Positions 1 to 12,100 of a DNA stretch of 64,000 nucleotides are shown piece by piece. Under the pieces are notes generated by a model. The model was not told the DNA's origin and searched no databases. It saw only the letters and a list, made by a program, of their open reading frames with translations. Location: assembly GCA_043228905.1 (NCBI GenBank), contig JBHGNT010000007.1:16430001-16494000 (forward strand), given 5' to 3'. The DNA is from Azolla caroliniana (lineage: Eukaryota; Plantae; Polypodiophyta). How positions within the stretch are numbered: position 1 is the stretch's first letter; each line of letters begins with the position of its first letter. The position numbers and the translations under genes are program-made.

Positions 1-400
1 GGCATGTTCCTTCATTCCCCATCCGGACACAGCCGTAATCACTGGCAGAGTAGGATGACAAGCATTTCCGGTCCGGGGTAAGGTGGAACGACGCTCCGGA
101 GTTGACCACCCAAGTCATCTCGTCACCGGCAAGGTTTATCTCACTCTCCTCGGTGATGAGCATCAACTCTTCTTCACTTGCCGTGATTGCCGTCGTCCCC
201 TTCCGGTCCGGCCCCCTCCGGTCTTTACCGTTCTGGTCCGGTATGCGCTTCGAATCGGTATCGTCGGTTTCCTTGTCTTTTCAGAAATGCCGACAGTTCT
301 TTTGGAAATGTCTCGGCTTGCCACAATAGAAGCAAGCAGGCCTTCCCCTTCACTTTGACTGTGTCCCCGACTTCTCCCGGTTCTGGGGACTACGGTTTCT
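1..400 (-). mobile_element. Ty1/Copia (Tnt1-like) gag zinc-knuckle/protease fragment
   Basis: Minus-strand translation gives PACFYCGKPRHFQKNCR (CCHC knuckle) and EMTWVVNSGASFHLTPDRKC (protease). Same family as the element at 26379-27400. Confidence 0.85.
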
Positions 401-401
401 A

Positions 402-832
402 TGTGTAAATATGTTTCATTGTGAGCCCATCGAGGCTATATTTGTAAATAGCTCTAAAGTTATATAAGTATAAATATGACTTAGGGCAATCACTTTAGGT
501 GACGAGAGTTGTTGATAGTGCGTGTATATAGAGAGAGAGAGAGACATACACACACACACACACAACGATACTCTGTTGTAACTACAACTTGGCGAAGATA
601 CAGAGCTCGAGGTCGTCGCCTCCAAGTCTCTAATTGTACCTTTCCCATATAGTGATAGTTTGGAGTCTGTGGGCTCCCATAGTTTTTCCCATTTAGGGTT
701 TTCCACGTTAACATCTTGTGTTCTCTATCGTTGTTTGTGTGTGTACGTGCGTACACTCCCCACTTCCCATTTCTGTGTTTGATTCTCATTGAAGTGATTC
801 AAGACTCGGTTGTGGCTGAGCCATATTCCACA
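402..832 (+). repeat. 5'-truncated Copia LTR
   Basis: Colinear similarity to the LTR at 25816-26340 (GTAAATATG, TATAAATAT..CTAGGGCAA, GAGCTC.AGGTCG, GTGGGCTCCC, TTGTGGC.GAG). Ends in CA. Confidence 0.75.
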
Positions 833-950
833 CTATTTCTTTCAATTACTTGTTTGGGTTTTATCTAGTATAAGCAACTTGTCAATCACATGTTCCAGCG
901 ATTGATCCTTAAAATCAAACACAACTAGTTGACAGAAACTCAAGGCTCCT

Positions 951-1376
951 TATACGCAACGCTCGGCCACAACCGAGCTTAGAATCATACACAGAAAACG
1001 GGAAATAAAGCACGACACGAAGAAGAGAAGAGTACGCAGGATGTTTACGTGGAAAACCCAAACTATGGGAAAAACCACAGCAGCCCACAGGCTGCAAACT
1101 ATTGTTGTGTTAGAATGTACAACAGTGAGTTCACGGAGGCAACGACCTCGTGCTCACGATCCTCGCCACAGGTGGCGGTTACAATAGAGGCAACGACCTC
1201 TTTCTCTCTCTCTCTCTCTGTGTACACAGTTACGCGCTCTCTCTCCCCTTGCACCAACAAGAAATGACAACAACCACTAAAAGTTTGCCCTAAGTCATAT
1301 TTATACTAATATGACTTTTCGACTATTTACAAATATAGCCATGATGGACTCTCAGAAACATATTTACGAATATGTC
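951..1376 (-). repeat. 5'-truncated Copia LTR of the same family, inverted
   Basis: Reverse complement matches 402-832 and 25920-26340 block by block. Confidence 0.75.
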
Positions 1377-1379
1377 TCT

Positions 1380-2215
1380 TCATCCAGTGAGCACTCCTCA
1401 CCGGGTCTGTTCTTCTCTCTTCCATCCGAAGGGACCTGTCTCCCAACACTAGTGTCATCCAAAGAGGCTCTAAGTGCCAATAAGAAAGTATCTTTTACAT
1501 CTTCCTCTATAAGAAGTTGTGCTAATTTTCACCGAAGGTTTTGAAACCGAATAATAAATTGTGGAACGGTCTCATGAAATTCTTGGCAAGCGGCATAGAA
1601 TTGGCTCATGAGTTCTCTTTTTGGAACTTGTTGATGAAATGGCTTGATAAACTTACTAGTTAATTATTTAAATGTTTCAAACTCACTTTCCTCATGATGT
1701 GAGTACCAATTTGTTGATTGTCTGTCTAGTGGCAATCTGAATTTCGCAATCTTGAATTTGTCAGCATCCGCTTCCGACAATCTTTGGGATACATGGTTAG
1801 CTTGCCATATCGTAAGGAAAGCATGTATGTGCACTTCCACGTCGGCTTCATGAATGTACTTACAATAGGGATACAACATTGTATCCTCTTCAAAAACTTC
1901 TCCTAACATTGTGAAGTATCTGTAATGGTCAGACGGATCCTAGTCCAAACTATTTTCGGTGTATAATTCGGGAATCTCTTTTAATTTCTCTTCAGCTTCC
2001 TGCTGAATTTGTTCGACAAAATCCAAATTAGTTGAATTACCTTGTTTAGTACGTCGGCTCTCCAATCTCGTGTGTGGTCTTCTACTTCCTATAGACTAGT
2101 GTATACTAAGTTGACTAGATGACATCCATTCTCTTTCAGTTACACTATCTTCACTCTTCCAACTTTGACTCTGACTCTGACTTCAACTAGTATAATTCGG
2201 CTAGCAGACTAGCTA
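1380..2215 (-). mobile_element. Ty3/Gypsy gag pseudogene fragment
   Basis: ORF 1664-1909 (..LDRQSTNWY..EFETFK) continues past stops as ..QEFHETVPQFIIRFQNL, a retrotransposon gag capsid pattern. Confidence 0.65.
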
Positions 2216-2217
2216 AC

Positions 2218-2822
2218 AAAGTTCCTTCATGAGCTGCAAGTTATGGGTTGTGGTGTTGGCAACGAAGACCCTCTTCAGGTTTCCCCAAGCATCCTTTGGA
2301 GACTTCTTGTCTCTCATGTACGCGAGCATCTAGTCATGAACACACGAGGCAAAGTCGTACAAGACTCATCTTGCTACTTGCTCCCAAGCTCGGAAGTCTC
2401 TATCTCTTGGTTGTAGTGGTACTTCGTTTACTCCTTCCACATAGGTCATGTACCCATGTCTGAGCAAGTATTGTTGCATATTGTACGACCAAGATGCATA
2501 GTTTCTTCTGTCAAGCTTCTCCGTTGGAAGCAAGCTGCCCATTCCTCTATCCATGTTCCTATCTGTACTTGTCCAGAAGACGAAAGCTTTTCTCTATGTT
2601 TTCTCAACTGTAGAGGATCTTCAATCCTCGCCCTCTGATACCATGAAAAATTCTATTACATAATGACTTCTAGTACATATAACTGTGCTCAGTGAGCAAT
2701 TTTATACAAGCCCTAACAATGGGTTGACACAAGTCCTATTAGTACTTTAATGCTCAAGAATGAGCTCCGATGCGAATGACCTATAATATTCCTATTTACT
2801 AAAATAGGAATATAGGCTCCTA
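2218..2822 (-). mobile_element. Copia 5' fragment: partial LTR, Met-tRNA PBS, gag start
   Basis: PBS TGGTATCAGAG on minus at 2633-2643. Gag MGSLLPTEKLDRRNYASW. LTR remnant resembles 39040-39200. Confidence 0.8.
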
Positions 2823-4295
2823 TTGGCCTGTCGGCTCTCCCAATCCGACTATATCCGAAAGGTGTTGAGGCACTTCAATATGGAGAATGCAAAATCTGCA
2901 CTGGCACCACTTCCGACATTGCATCAGCTATCAAACAGAGACTCTCCATCCCCAAATGAGGAGAGAAAGTTCATGAGTGGAATACCCTACGCATCAGCTG
3001 TATGAAGTCTTATGTACGCGATGGTGGCAACCTGACCAGACCTTGCCTATACCACAAGGGTCACCGGTCGCACCCTAGGTGGAAGCACTAGGAAGTTTTG
3101 AAGAACATATTCCGGTCCCTTCAAGGCACCATAGATTTGCAGTTGACATTCGACTCGGATCATCCGACCGAAGTTGAAGGCTTCACTGACTCCAACTACA
3201 CCGGCAACAATCAGAAGTGGACATCAGGTTATGTTTTCACCTATGGAGGTGGCGGCATATCATGGAGGTCAAAGTTAAAGTATTGCATGGCACTCTCAAC
3301 AACGGAGGTCGAGTATATAGCCACATCAGAAGCAAACAAGGATGCCATTTGGCTACAACAATTATCGACCGATTTTTCGGCGAAGAGTTGAATCGACCAT
3401 CCAACACCAACCTTATATTGTGACTCACAAAGCACAATACCCCTCATTCGAAATCTAGTATATTATGCTAAGACAGAGCACATTGAGGTGAGGTACCATG
3501 ACATTGGAGAACTTGTCACCAACAAGAAGCTCAACATTCGGAAAGTGGATATAGAGGTGAATATCATCAACAGTTTGACGAAGACACTCCCAAACCAATG
3601 CTTTGGTGCACTAAGGGGATAGATGGGACTACAACAAGCGAGTGAGCAAAGAGGAGTCGGACAAGGAGTAGAGGGTAAGTCAAAGATTGGCGCAGCCAAA
3701 CAAGCCGAAACCGCTAAGTTGAAGGAGTCGAACATTCAAAAGGTTGCAAACGTTGTTGAGTGCGAGGAGATTGAAAGGAAGAAAGACGATCAAAGGAAAA
3801 ACGGAGCCAAAAACCAATCGGTGGCCTAAAGATCCAACATAGTGAGAAGTCGGTGGCCTAAAGGCTGAAAATCGAACACTAGTCGATTCGAACAACTAGC
3901 CGACTCCACTAAATCGACTATATCTTTGCCGATTCAGCTACTAGCCGATCGGCTTGTAACATACACTGTAGTTTAAATTTAAGTTGTAATTTAAGCTTAC
4001 AGGGGAGATAACCCCATATCATTGTATGTAGATAGAGTAGTCCTTTTACAGGGGAGTTTGTTGGCATAAAAGGTCGACTCCACCCATTATTGTATCTCTA
4101 GTGCGAACATAAGACTCAGTTAGGGCTTGACTATAAAAGCATGTAACTCAATTATTGTGAGAGAGTTTTTGGAGGGAAATAATAGAGCTACTTTGAGCTT
4201 CTCTATGTAATTGTACATTTCATCTTCTTGAATCCTATTATAGTACACATCTCTTTCTTGCTTGCTACCTATGTTGTTTGCTAAACTCACTGACA
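2823..4295 (+). mobile_element. Copia RT/RNase H pseudogene with 3' region/LTR
   Basis: LSQSDYIRKVL, GIPYASAV, GFTDSN..TSGYVFT..ISWRSK..ALSTTEVEY, AKTEHIEVRYH, with stops and frameshifts. 3' boundary approximate. Confidence 0.8.
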
Positions 4296-5150
4296 GGTCC
4301 TTGCAAGTCTACGCGGGATTAAGGCCACCATCAGGGGGTTTATATGGTCAGGTAAGGACAAACCAATAATAGCTGCTAGAGTTGCATGGTTGGCGGAAAT
4401 TGGGCATCCCTTACAAGGTGCTCGGTACCTTTTGGAAGGGTCTCTAGTGTCTCCATGTGCCTGAGAAGATCAAGTAATTTTGGTGACAGATAGGCCATAA
4501 TGTGGTCCCCGTTGGCAAATGACTAGGTAAACGAGGAGGCCTGATAGCTTGCCCACTCTATTTTGCACCTATCAAGACTTTGAGACATTACTTGTGGGAT
4601 TGCCCTCAATCTCAAAGGGTCTAGGACAGGGTGACTCGCCTCCTAGCTTCCTGCGAAGTGGAAGGGACAACATCATGGAGCGCAACAGCCTGGATCAATC
4701 CCTCAATTAATAGATGGACGGACGCCTTCACCGCAGGCAGTTGGTGTTATGAATGCACAAGAGGTAAACTCGTCAAGACCCTTTTTGGGAGAGGCTTGAA
4801 GACCGCATCCCCTTGTTTCCGAGAGATTTGGATGTTTATTGTAGGCTTCACCCTTTGGTATGTGTGGAAAGTGCGCCGCCTAAAGGTCTTCCAAGATTTG
4901 GTATGCTCCCCGAAGGAATTGATCATGGATATTTGTTTTGCGATTGTCAGCTGCCTACAAGGCCAGTTGGACGAGGTTTGCACCCACTCCAACGACGTGG
5001 TCACTACCTGCTCATGCTTTTGCTAGAAATGGAGGAACACGCTGACGGTGACACACGGAGGAAATAGCCTGAGGTGGATCTACAAGACCCCATGTTGGTT
5101 GTTTCCTACTCACCTCCCACTCTCCCTCCGTTGAAGGTCAGAGGATCGGA
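4296..5150 (+). mobile_element. L1-clade LINE 3' fragment (zf-RVT region)
   Basis: KIK*FW..HNVVPV..ACPL..TLRHYLWDCP, followed by WMFIVGFTLWYVWKVR; degenerate. Confidence 0.65.
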
Positions 5151-7691
5151 CTTGTGCTAGCCAACGATGATTCCCACTAGTTTATAGCTCTAGATGCCTA
5201 CTTACTTTAAGTAGAAAGTAAGAGAAGATATGTATGCAATCTCATATTCTTGAATTGGGCCGGGGGGTGATTCCCCAAATTCTTGTATAGTCTTTATGTA
5301 AAAATATTGCCTAACTAATAGGAAAATAGCTCCTTTTTTGGAAAAAAAAAGAAACATGCTTGAGTGAGTGGGGTGAAAGCTTGCTATAATACACCCATTT
5401 AATAGTGATTTGAGGAAAGAAAAAATCATGCTATTTTCATACTAAAGTATACTTTTTGTTTGATATGAAGGCAATCGGGGGTAAATTTTAAAAATTGCCT
5501 CTATTTATGTTGGATAGTAGAACTATATTAATGTAAAGTGCCTAACATTTCAAAACGTTCTAACAAATACTTGCTTTGGAGATGATCATTTTTGTTTGGG
5601 AGACATTTATTGAATAATTTGTCATCATCGAAAGAGATAGATCCCCATTGGCCCCTATAGTTCTCTAGTGTCACATGGTTTTTGTTTTGTTTTGGAATGG
5701 ATCCAAACACATTTATCAATAGATTATGTATTTGCCACTTCAATAGAGGAAAAATGACCTATGACCTCAAATGCGTGCAAAGGACCAACACCTTTATGGG
5801 AAGCGACTTTATTGTCTGCACTTGGAGTTTTAATGTTTAACGGAATGGGTTTTTAATTGCTAAGGCGAGAATAATTACTTTTTAACTATTGTAAAATAAT
5901 AAAATAGTGATAAATTCTGGAACTAAAAAACTAGTAATAAAATCAAATGTGTGTCAAATGCAAACTTGTTACCACACTAAACCATGGAGGCCAAGTCTTT
6001 ACTAGTGTGGTTCTCTCAATCTCAATTACGTGCGAAACACATGAAACAATTCATAAAGTCATGAGGAAGATAGAGACGAATACACAACCTAGCCTTTGAC
6101 ATCCAAAAGGGATGGATGAAACAAGTTGAGCACAGATAACCCCTCCATGGTTATTTTAAAGCGCTGCACAAAAGAGTGGAAGGAGATGAGAATACGTGAT
6201 GCAAAGAAAATATATGAAGTTAAGCCTCCATTCAATGCAATTGAAACTACCTTAGGCCATACCAACGAGTCTCGCTTACTTTAGCTTGAGTATATAATTT
6301 AAAATGTCTTTATAGTTGGGGATTTTTTTCTTTTTTTGGGGGTGAGGGGAGGGGGGGTGTTGCTCTAATCGTGGGATGGATGATTGCATAAGTAAATGAT
6401 ATCACTTGGGGGTCCATTTTTTAAGGCTACCAATCCTACGCACGACTTTGGTTGATGAATATACCAATGAAAAAAATAATACTATGAGAAATACCATTGA
6501 TTCTCTCGACATTTTTTAACGTATAATTCGTTATGTACCATTGGCAAAAAGGAGTTTCAACACTAATTTAATGAATAAAATAGTGAGGATTGGTTTAAGA
6601 ACTAAAAGTGTACCACATAAGGTTAAAACATTGAGGTTGTGACTCAAAGTCTTGACGTGTGGGTTCCATGGTAGGTGGAAGAGGAAAATCAATCGTCATT
6701 TCTTTTGGTTTGATATGCTGTAGAAAATATCGCTATTTTGGTTTGTTCCAAATCATATACGATGATTGATACTTTGCTCCCAGAAATAGCCCTTTCCACT
6801 TTAGATGACCAATTTATTTTCTTGCCTTTTAAGGCAACGCTAACTAATATAGAGAGAGAGAGAGAGATTTCTTATTACTGGAATCCCCTAGGACCCATAG
6901 GGGACATATGACTAGATTGGACATATTTTAAGCATGCCTATCTGTGGTGGATCGATGAGTCCGAGTCTCAATGGTCGAGAATGTTACTCATGGGCATTGG
7001 GAGGCGAAGAATAGATAGATAGATACATATCATTTTAACGTCCTTGGGAGATCGATTGTGATCTATGAGACGAGGCGTAGCCCATGGGTGAGGATCGAAC
7101 CCAGGTTTCTCTCAAATGTTATGACTTTGTGATGCTAAAGGTATAAAGTTTAAACAACAAAGCGAAGAGCCAGAGAGACCGATGAGGAGTGTGAGTCAGT
7201 GAGTCAAGGAGATTGTGGTTGTGGACAGGAAAGGTTGTTGGCTGTCCGACTGATCCAACCGAGGGCATTTGGTGGTTGGATCCAACCGGCTAACCGCGGG
7301 CATTTTGTGAGTTTTGTCCGGCCGGGCGCAACTCAGCTTCTGATCTTTCTTTCACCTTCTTCCTTGTCCACCTCTGACAAAAAAGGGGAGAAGAGAAAGC
7401 TTGGCTCTGCCATATACAGGAATTTGTGGGCCCCTTCCCTCTTTTCCTGTTTATGTGGAGGAGGAAGAGATTCTTCTGTGGACCCCATTGGGAGAGGGAG
7501 AGAGAAAGAGAATTCCTCAGGAGGAGATTCACAGCTCATGGACAGGCCCGGGCATGGCAGGTCACCCACACACCAGAGCAGAATCTATATGCATACATAT
7601 ATATATGTATGTGTATGTATTTGTAGCAGGAAGGAGGAGTTCTCTGCAGTAGTAAGGAGAGAGGTTCTTTTCCTTACTGATCTTTAGGGTT

Positions 7692-7724
<33 letters not shown>

Positions 7725-7755
7725 TTCTTTCATTTTCTGTCATCAAAACCCTAAG

Positions 7756-9183
7756 ATGAGCAACAGCAATAGCAGCAGATGGAGATCATGGGCCGTGCAC
7801 ATCCGCGAGAGTGTGCGGTACAAGGATGTGTGGGCGGAGGCAAGCGGTGCCCTGGGGGATCTTGGGACATTCGTGCCCATCGCCATAGCATTAACCCTCG
7901 TGAATGGGTTGGATCTGGGCACCACTCTGCTCTTCACCGGAGCATACAACATTGTGACTGGGCTCCTCTTCGGCGTGCCCATGCCGGTGCAGCCCATGAA
8001 GTCCATAGCTGCAGTAGCCATCTCTCAGACCGATCCCCTCTCCCTGTCCGAGATTGCAGCCGCCGGCCTCTCCACGGCCGGCCTCATGTTCTTCCTGGGA
8101 ATCACGGGCCTCATGGGGTTTGTGCAAAGGATCCTCCCCATGCCGCTTGTCCGGGGCATCCAACTCTCCCAGGGCATCAGCTTCGGCAAGACCGCCGTCT
8201 CTTACCTCCTCAAGGAACAAGATTTCTCCACCTCGTCTAGTAGCGGTGCCCGCCCCTGGCTCGGCCTCGATGGCCTCCTATTAAGTCTTATCGCCATCCT
8301 CTTCATTGTCATCGCCACCGGATCTGGAGACCGCTTCGCACAGGGCACCGGTACAATCGAAGATGAAGATGCCAGGGAGGCAGAAGGTAACAGCAGCAGC
8401 AGCAGCAGCAGCAGCACAAGCACACAGTGGGCGAGAAAGCTAGAGGTCCTGCCCACTGCACTCATTGTCTTCTTCCTGGGCATAGTTCTTGCGTTCATCC
8501 GGGATCCCAGTATCTGGGGCAGCCTCACCCTTGGCCCGTCCACCCCCCAGATCCTGACCATCACGTGGAGCGATTGGAAGACGGGGTTTGTGAAGGGGGC
8601 CATACCCCAGATCCCTCTCTCCATCCTCAATTCCGTCATCGCGGTCTGCAAGCTCTCCAATGACTTGTTTCCAGACAAGTTGGTCACACCCACCTCGGTC
8701 TCCACCAGTGTGGGGCTCATGAACATGGTGGGCTGCTGGTTCGGTGCCATGCCTGTATGCCATGGGGCCGGAGGATTGGCTGGGCAAACCCGATTCGGGG
8801 CCAGAAGCGGTGCTGCTGTGATCCTCCTTGGGACTGCCAAAATGATCCTGGGCCTTCTTGTGGGAAGCTCATTGGTGGTGGTGCTCTCCGAGTTTCCTAT
8901 TGGTCTTCTCGGAGTTCTCCTCCTCTTTGCAGGAGTAGAGCTAGCAATGGCTTGCCGTGACCAAAACAGCCGTGCCGACGCCTTTGTTATGATTGTGTGC
9001 ACGGTGGTGTCCTTTGCTTCGAATGCGGCACTCGGCTTTGGATCGGGTCTCGTACTTTACGTGCTTCTCAAGCTCAGGGTCACTCCTTGCTCCATGTGGT
9101 GGAGCACATTCCGAGACACTCTCCTGCCTCCAACACCAGGTGTCGCAGGATACTTTGAAATCCCATCTGCCTCTCATGTGTAA
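7756..9183 (+). CDS. MOT1: Molybdate transporter, MOT1 family (intronless CDS, 475 aa)
   Basis: Family motifs GALGDLGTFVPI, PMPVQPMKSIAAVA, PQIPLSILNSVIAVC, FGAMPVCHGAGGLAGQ.RFG, plus many hydrophobic helices. First true ATG is 7756; the ORF-track start lies in a (GT)n run. Confidence 0.93.
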   Translation: MSNSNSSRWRSWAVHIRESVRYKDVWAEASGALGDLGTFVPIAIALTLVNGLDLGTTLLFTGAYNIVTGLLFGVPMPVQPMKSIAAVAISQTDPLSLSEIAAAGLSTAGLMFFLGITGLMGFVQRILPMPLVRGIQLSQGISFGKTAVSYLLKEQDFSTSSSSGARPWLGLDGLLLSLIAILFIVIATGSGDRFAQGTGTIEDEDAREAEGNSSSSSSSSTSTQWARKLEVLPTALIVFFLGIVLAFIRDPSIWGSLTLGPSTPQILTITWSDWKTGFVKGAIPQIPLSILNSVIAVCKLSNDLFPDKLVTPTSVSTSVGLMNMVGCWFGAMPVCHGAGGLAGQTRFGARSGAAVILLGTAKMILGLLVGSSLVVVLSEFPIGLLGVLLLFAGVELAMACRDQNSRADAFVMIVCTVVSFASNAALGFGSGLVLYVLLKLRVTPCSMWWSTFRDTLLPPTPGVAGYFEIPSASHV

Positions 9184-12100
9184 TGCTATTGTACGATGAA
9201 GAATGTTCTCATCAACTCGATGAGAAATGTAGTCGTGAGCTCCGATACTGTAAATAACGGTGGTCTTTTGTCATGAATAACCATAGAAGCTGTATATCTC
9301 ATACTGGGCTTTGCACGGCACCCTCCTTCTCAGGCTGAATCACCATATTGTTGGGCAATTTGAACATCTCCAGGATCATGGTGTTTTGAAGCCATTGTAA
9401 TGGCTTTGTATATTTATTATAAAATTCTACTTCTGTATTAATAAAATTGATTGCTCTGTTCTATTTACATTATACTTTTCCAGAAAACTAAAGAAGTTAA
9501 TGCAAGGAATCAGAGCCATTCCTCTCTTTAAGTAAATGGATGTTACTCCATGTTCCCGAATCTCCAACTCGAAGAATGGAAGGATAGTGTGGGCCCTGTC
9601 CTTATTGTTGCCATTGTGGTGTTAGAAGTATAATTGATGGACTTCATAATTGATGATACTGGCTTAGAACGGATTAGAAGGTTCAGTAATTATGTCTACA
9701 TGTTAGTCACTCTGAGATTTTGAATGTTAGAGCTTATGAGAGTTCCCCACATGCCAGAGCCGGTTTAAATAGAAGCATTAGCAATTGTTGCTGGCTCTTT
9801 CTTGTGGAAAATAAGCAAGCCACTTCCTTCTATCTAGCCTTCAGATTAGCTAGTGAAGAACTCTAGTAACACTATGAATCTTGTTATTTGCCTCCAAATA
9901 AAGGTTAACAAATGTGAGCGTGGACATCCAAACATGGATTGAATAGATGCATTCTCAAAAGACCCTCTTATGATTATTGGTAGACCAAGGGTGAAAGGAG
10001 GCCACCCTCGAAAGGACTATCTTCACGCTTTTCGTTACCGAAAAATATCATAGGACTCGGGAGTTGGGCTCCTTGATTCAAGAAGAGAATTGAACTGACA
10101 AAATCTCACAAAATAGTTGTCTAAAATCACATACTGCCATCATTGGTATATCTCATATGCTATTGCAAATATTGGTAACATTAGATGAAAGGCATTCAAA
10201 AGATGATATGCATTACAACAATTGGTGGAAATGTCCAAACTCTACAATCTTGGATGGGATATCTACACTACTCCCGGTCCCAAACTTAGACGGGTGAAGT
10301 GTTCTCTTGCAGTGTCCAACTTAGGCCAAGATAAAGGCAAAACACCAAGACATACTCAGACCCTCTCCAAACTATTAGACACACGGGATATAAAGAAATT
10401 AGGTAGACATATCTTAGAGCTAAAACAATATAAAGAGAATAGCTACAAAATGTAAATAATAACCTTTCTAATATTCACCAACATGTAACCAATGAAAATT
10501 TTCAAGGACAGGGGGAGACAATGAATGTGGACACACTTGCACCACTTAGCCTCTCCCTTGCTAAAGTAGAGAACCAAAGAACAACCAAACGCCATCGGCT
10601 GTCGGGCTTCAAAGCAACTCGACATGGTGTAGAAGTAATTAAAAAGATAAGGGAACATGAGCTATATTGCCTAGAAATTATTGAGATCGGAACTGGCCAC
10701 AACCAGTTCTTGACTTACGTATGAGAGGCGCAAAGATTTAAACCGACAGTAAACATAAAACTAAAATACACAAGTGTTGTGACACAAGATATTTTACGTA
10801 GAAAACCCTAATACAGAATAATCACGGGAGTCCACAAACTCCAAACTGAATCACTATGCAACGAGAGGAATACAACAAGAGAACTCTCAAGCACCAACCT
10901 TGAGCTCATCTTCTTCGCCGAATGGCGAGTACAACAAAGATGTAGCAACACGCTCTATCACTCTCTCACTCACGCGAACTCTCTTACAGCAATAACTTAC
11001 AATGATAATCATCTATGTATAAAGTTTTGCCCTAGTTATATTTATACTCATATAACATTCAAGCTTATTTACAAATCTAGCCTACATAGGCGCATACCGA
11101 TCCGGATCCAGATTCTCTTTTTTCTTCGGATCCTCTTGATCTGGGCCGTGCTTTCCTTCCCATATGAAGGGACATGTTTTTCCACCAAACTCCCCCTTCA
11201 CTCCGACATGGGTTGATCCGTCAATCCGACCCGACATCGACACGTATCTAGTTTCTCTACCGACAACACCTTCGTCTACATGTCTAATCCGTTGTCCATT
11301 GTGTGGATCTTTGTTAGCGTGGTCTGATTCATTATTTCCTTGCCAACTTCTACAACAGCCATGTACTCTGCTTCCTGGTCGACAACGCCACGACCTTCTG
11401 CAGCCTCGACTGCCATGAGACAACTCCCCCCGCATAAGTCATTACATACCCGGACATGGATCGGTTGGTATCTACATCAACCGACATGTCCAAGTCTGTA
11501 AAACATTCTAGTATGGGATTACCTGAGCCGATCAACAACACACACTCGAGGTGCCTTTCAGGTATTGAAGTATCCATTTGACTACAACCCAATGCTCTTT
11601 GCCCGGATTGCTCATGAATCGGTTGACAACTCCAACTGCATATCTTATGTCAAGCCTGGTACACACCATTGCATACATCAGGCTTCTGACTTTTGAGGCA
11701 TAGGTTACCTTCGTCATCTCAACTTTCTCCGACTTTGTCTTCGGACTTTGTCTCCCGGACAGCTTGCAGTTTGTCGAAAGTGTCGAATTGACCGGTTTCG
11801 TGTTTTTGCATGCCGAATCTCTGGAGCACCTTTGTCACGTATTTTTCTTATGGCAGCTACAACAACTTCTTTGTTCGGTCTCGGATAATGTGCGTTCCCA
11901 AGATTTGCCTTCCTGAATCCATATCCTTCATTGAGAATGACTTGCTCAAGGCCTTCTTCAACATTCAGATCTTGATATGGTTCTATCCGACTATCAGCAT
12001 GTCATCTACGTATAGCAAGAGTATGAGGAATTCTCCTCCGTCGAACTTCTTCACGAACACATAGTGGTTGGCCTGCATCTTGTGGTATCCTTGGTCGGCC

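Noticed and set aside
7085-7110. B-box-like GGGTTCGATCC on minus upstream of MOT1
   Set aside because: No A box at the right spacing and no cloverleaf; not called a tRNA or SINE.
7199-7687. 162-aa ORF upstream of MOT1
   Set aside because: Starts at GTG, runs through promoter/UTR microsatellites, no recognisable motif.
8202-9002. 266-aa antisense ORF
   Set aside because: Shadow of the GC-rich MOT1 coding strand.
9500-10660. Possible decayed coding sequence downstream of MOT1
   Set aside because: Multiple stops and no motif I could assign.
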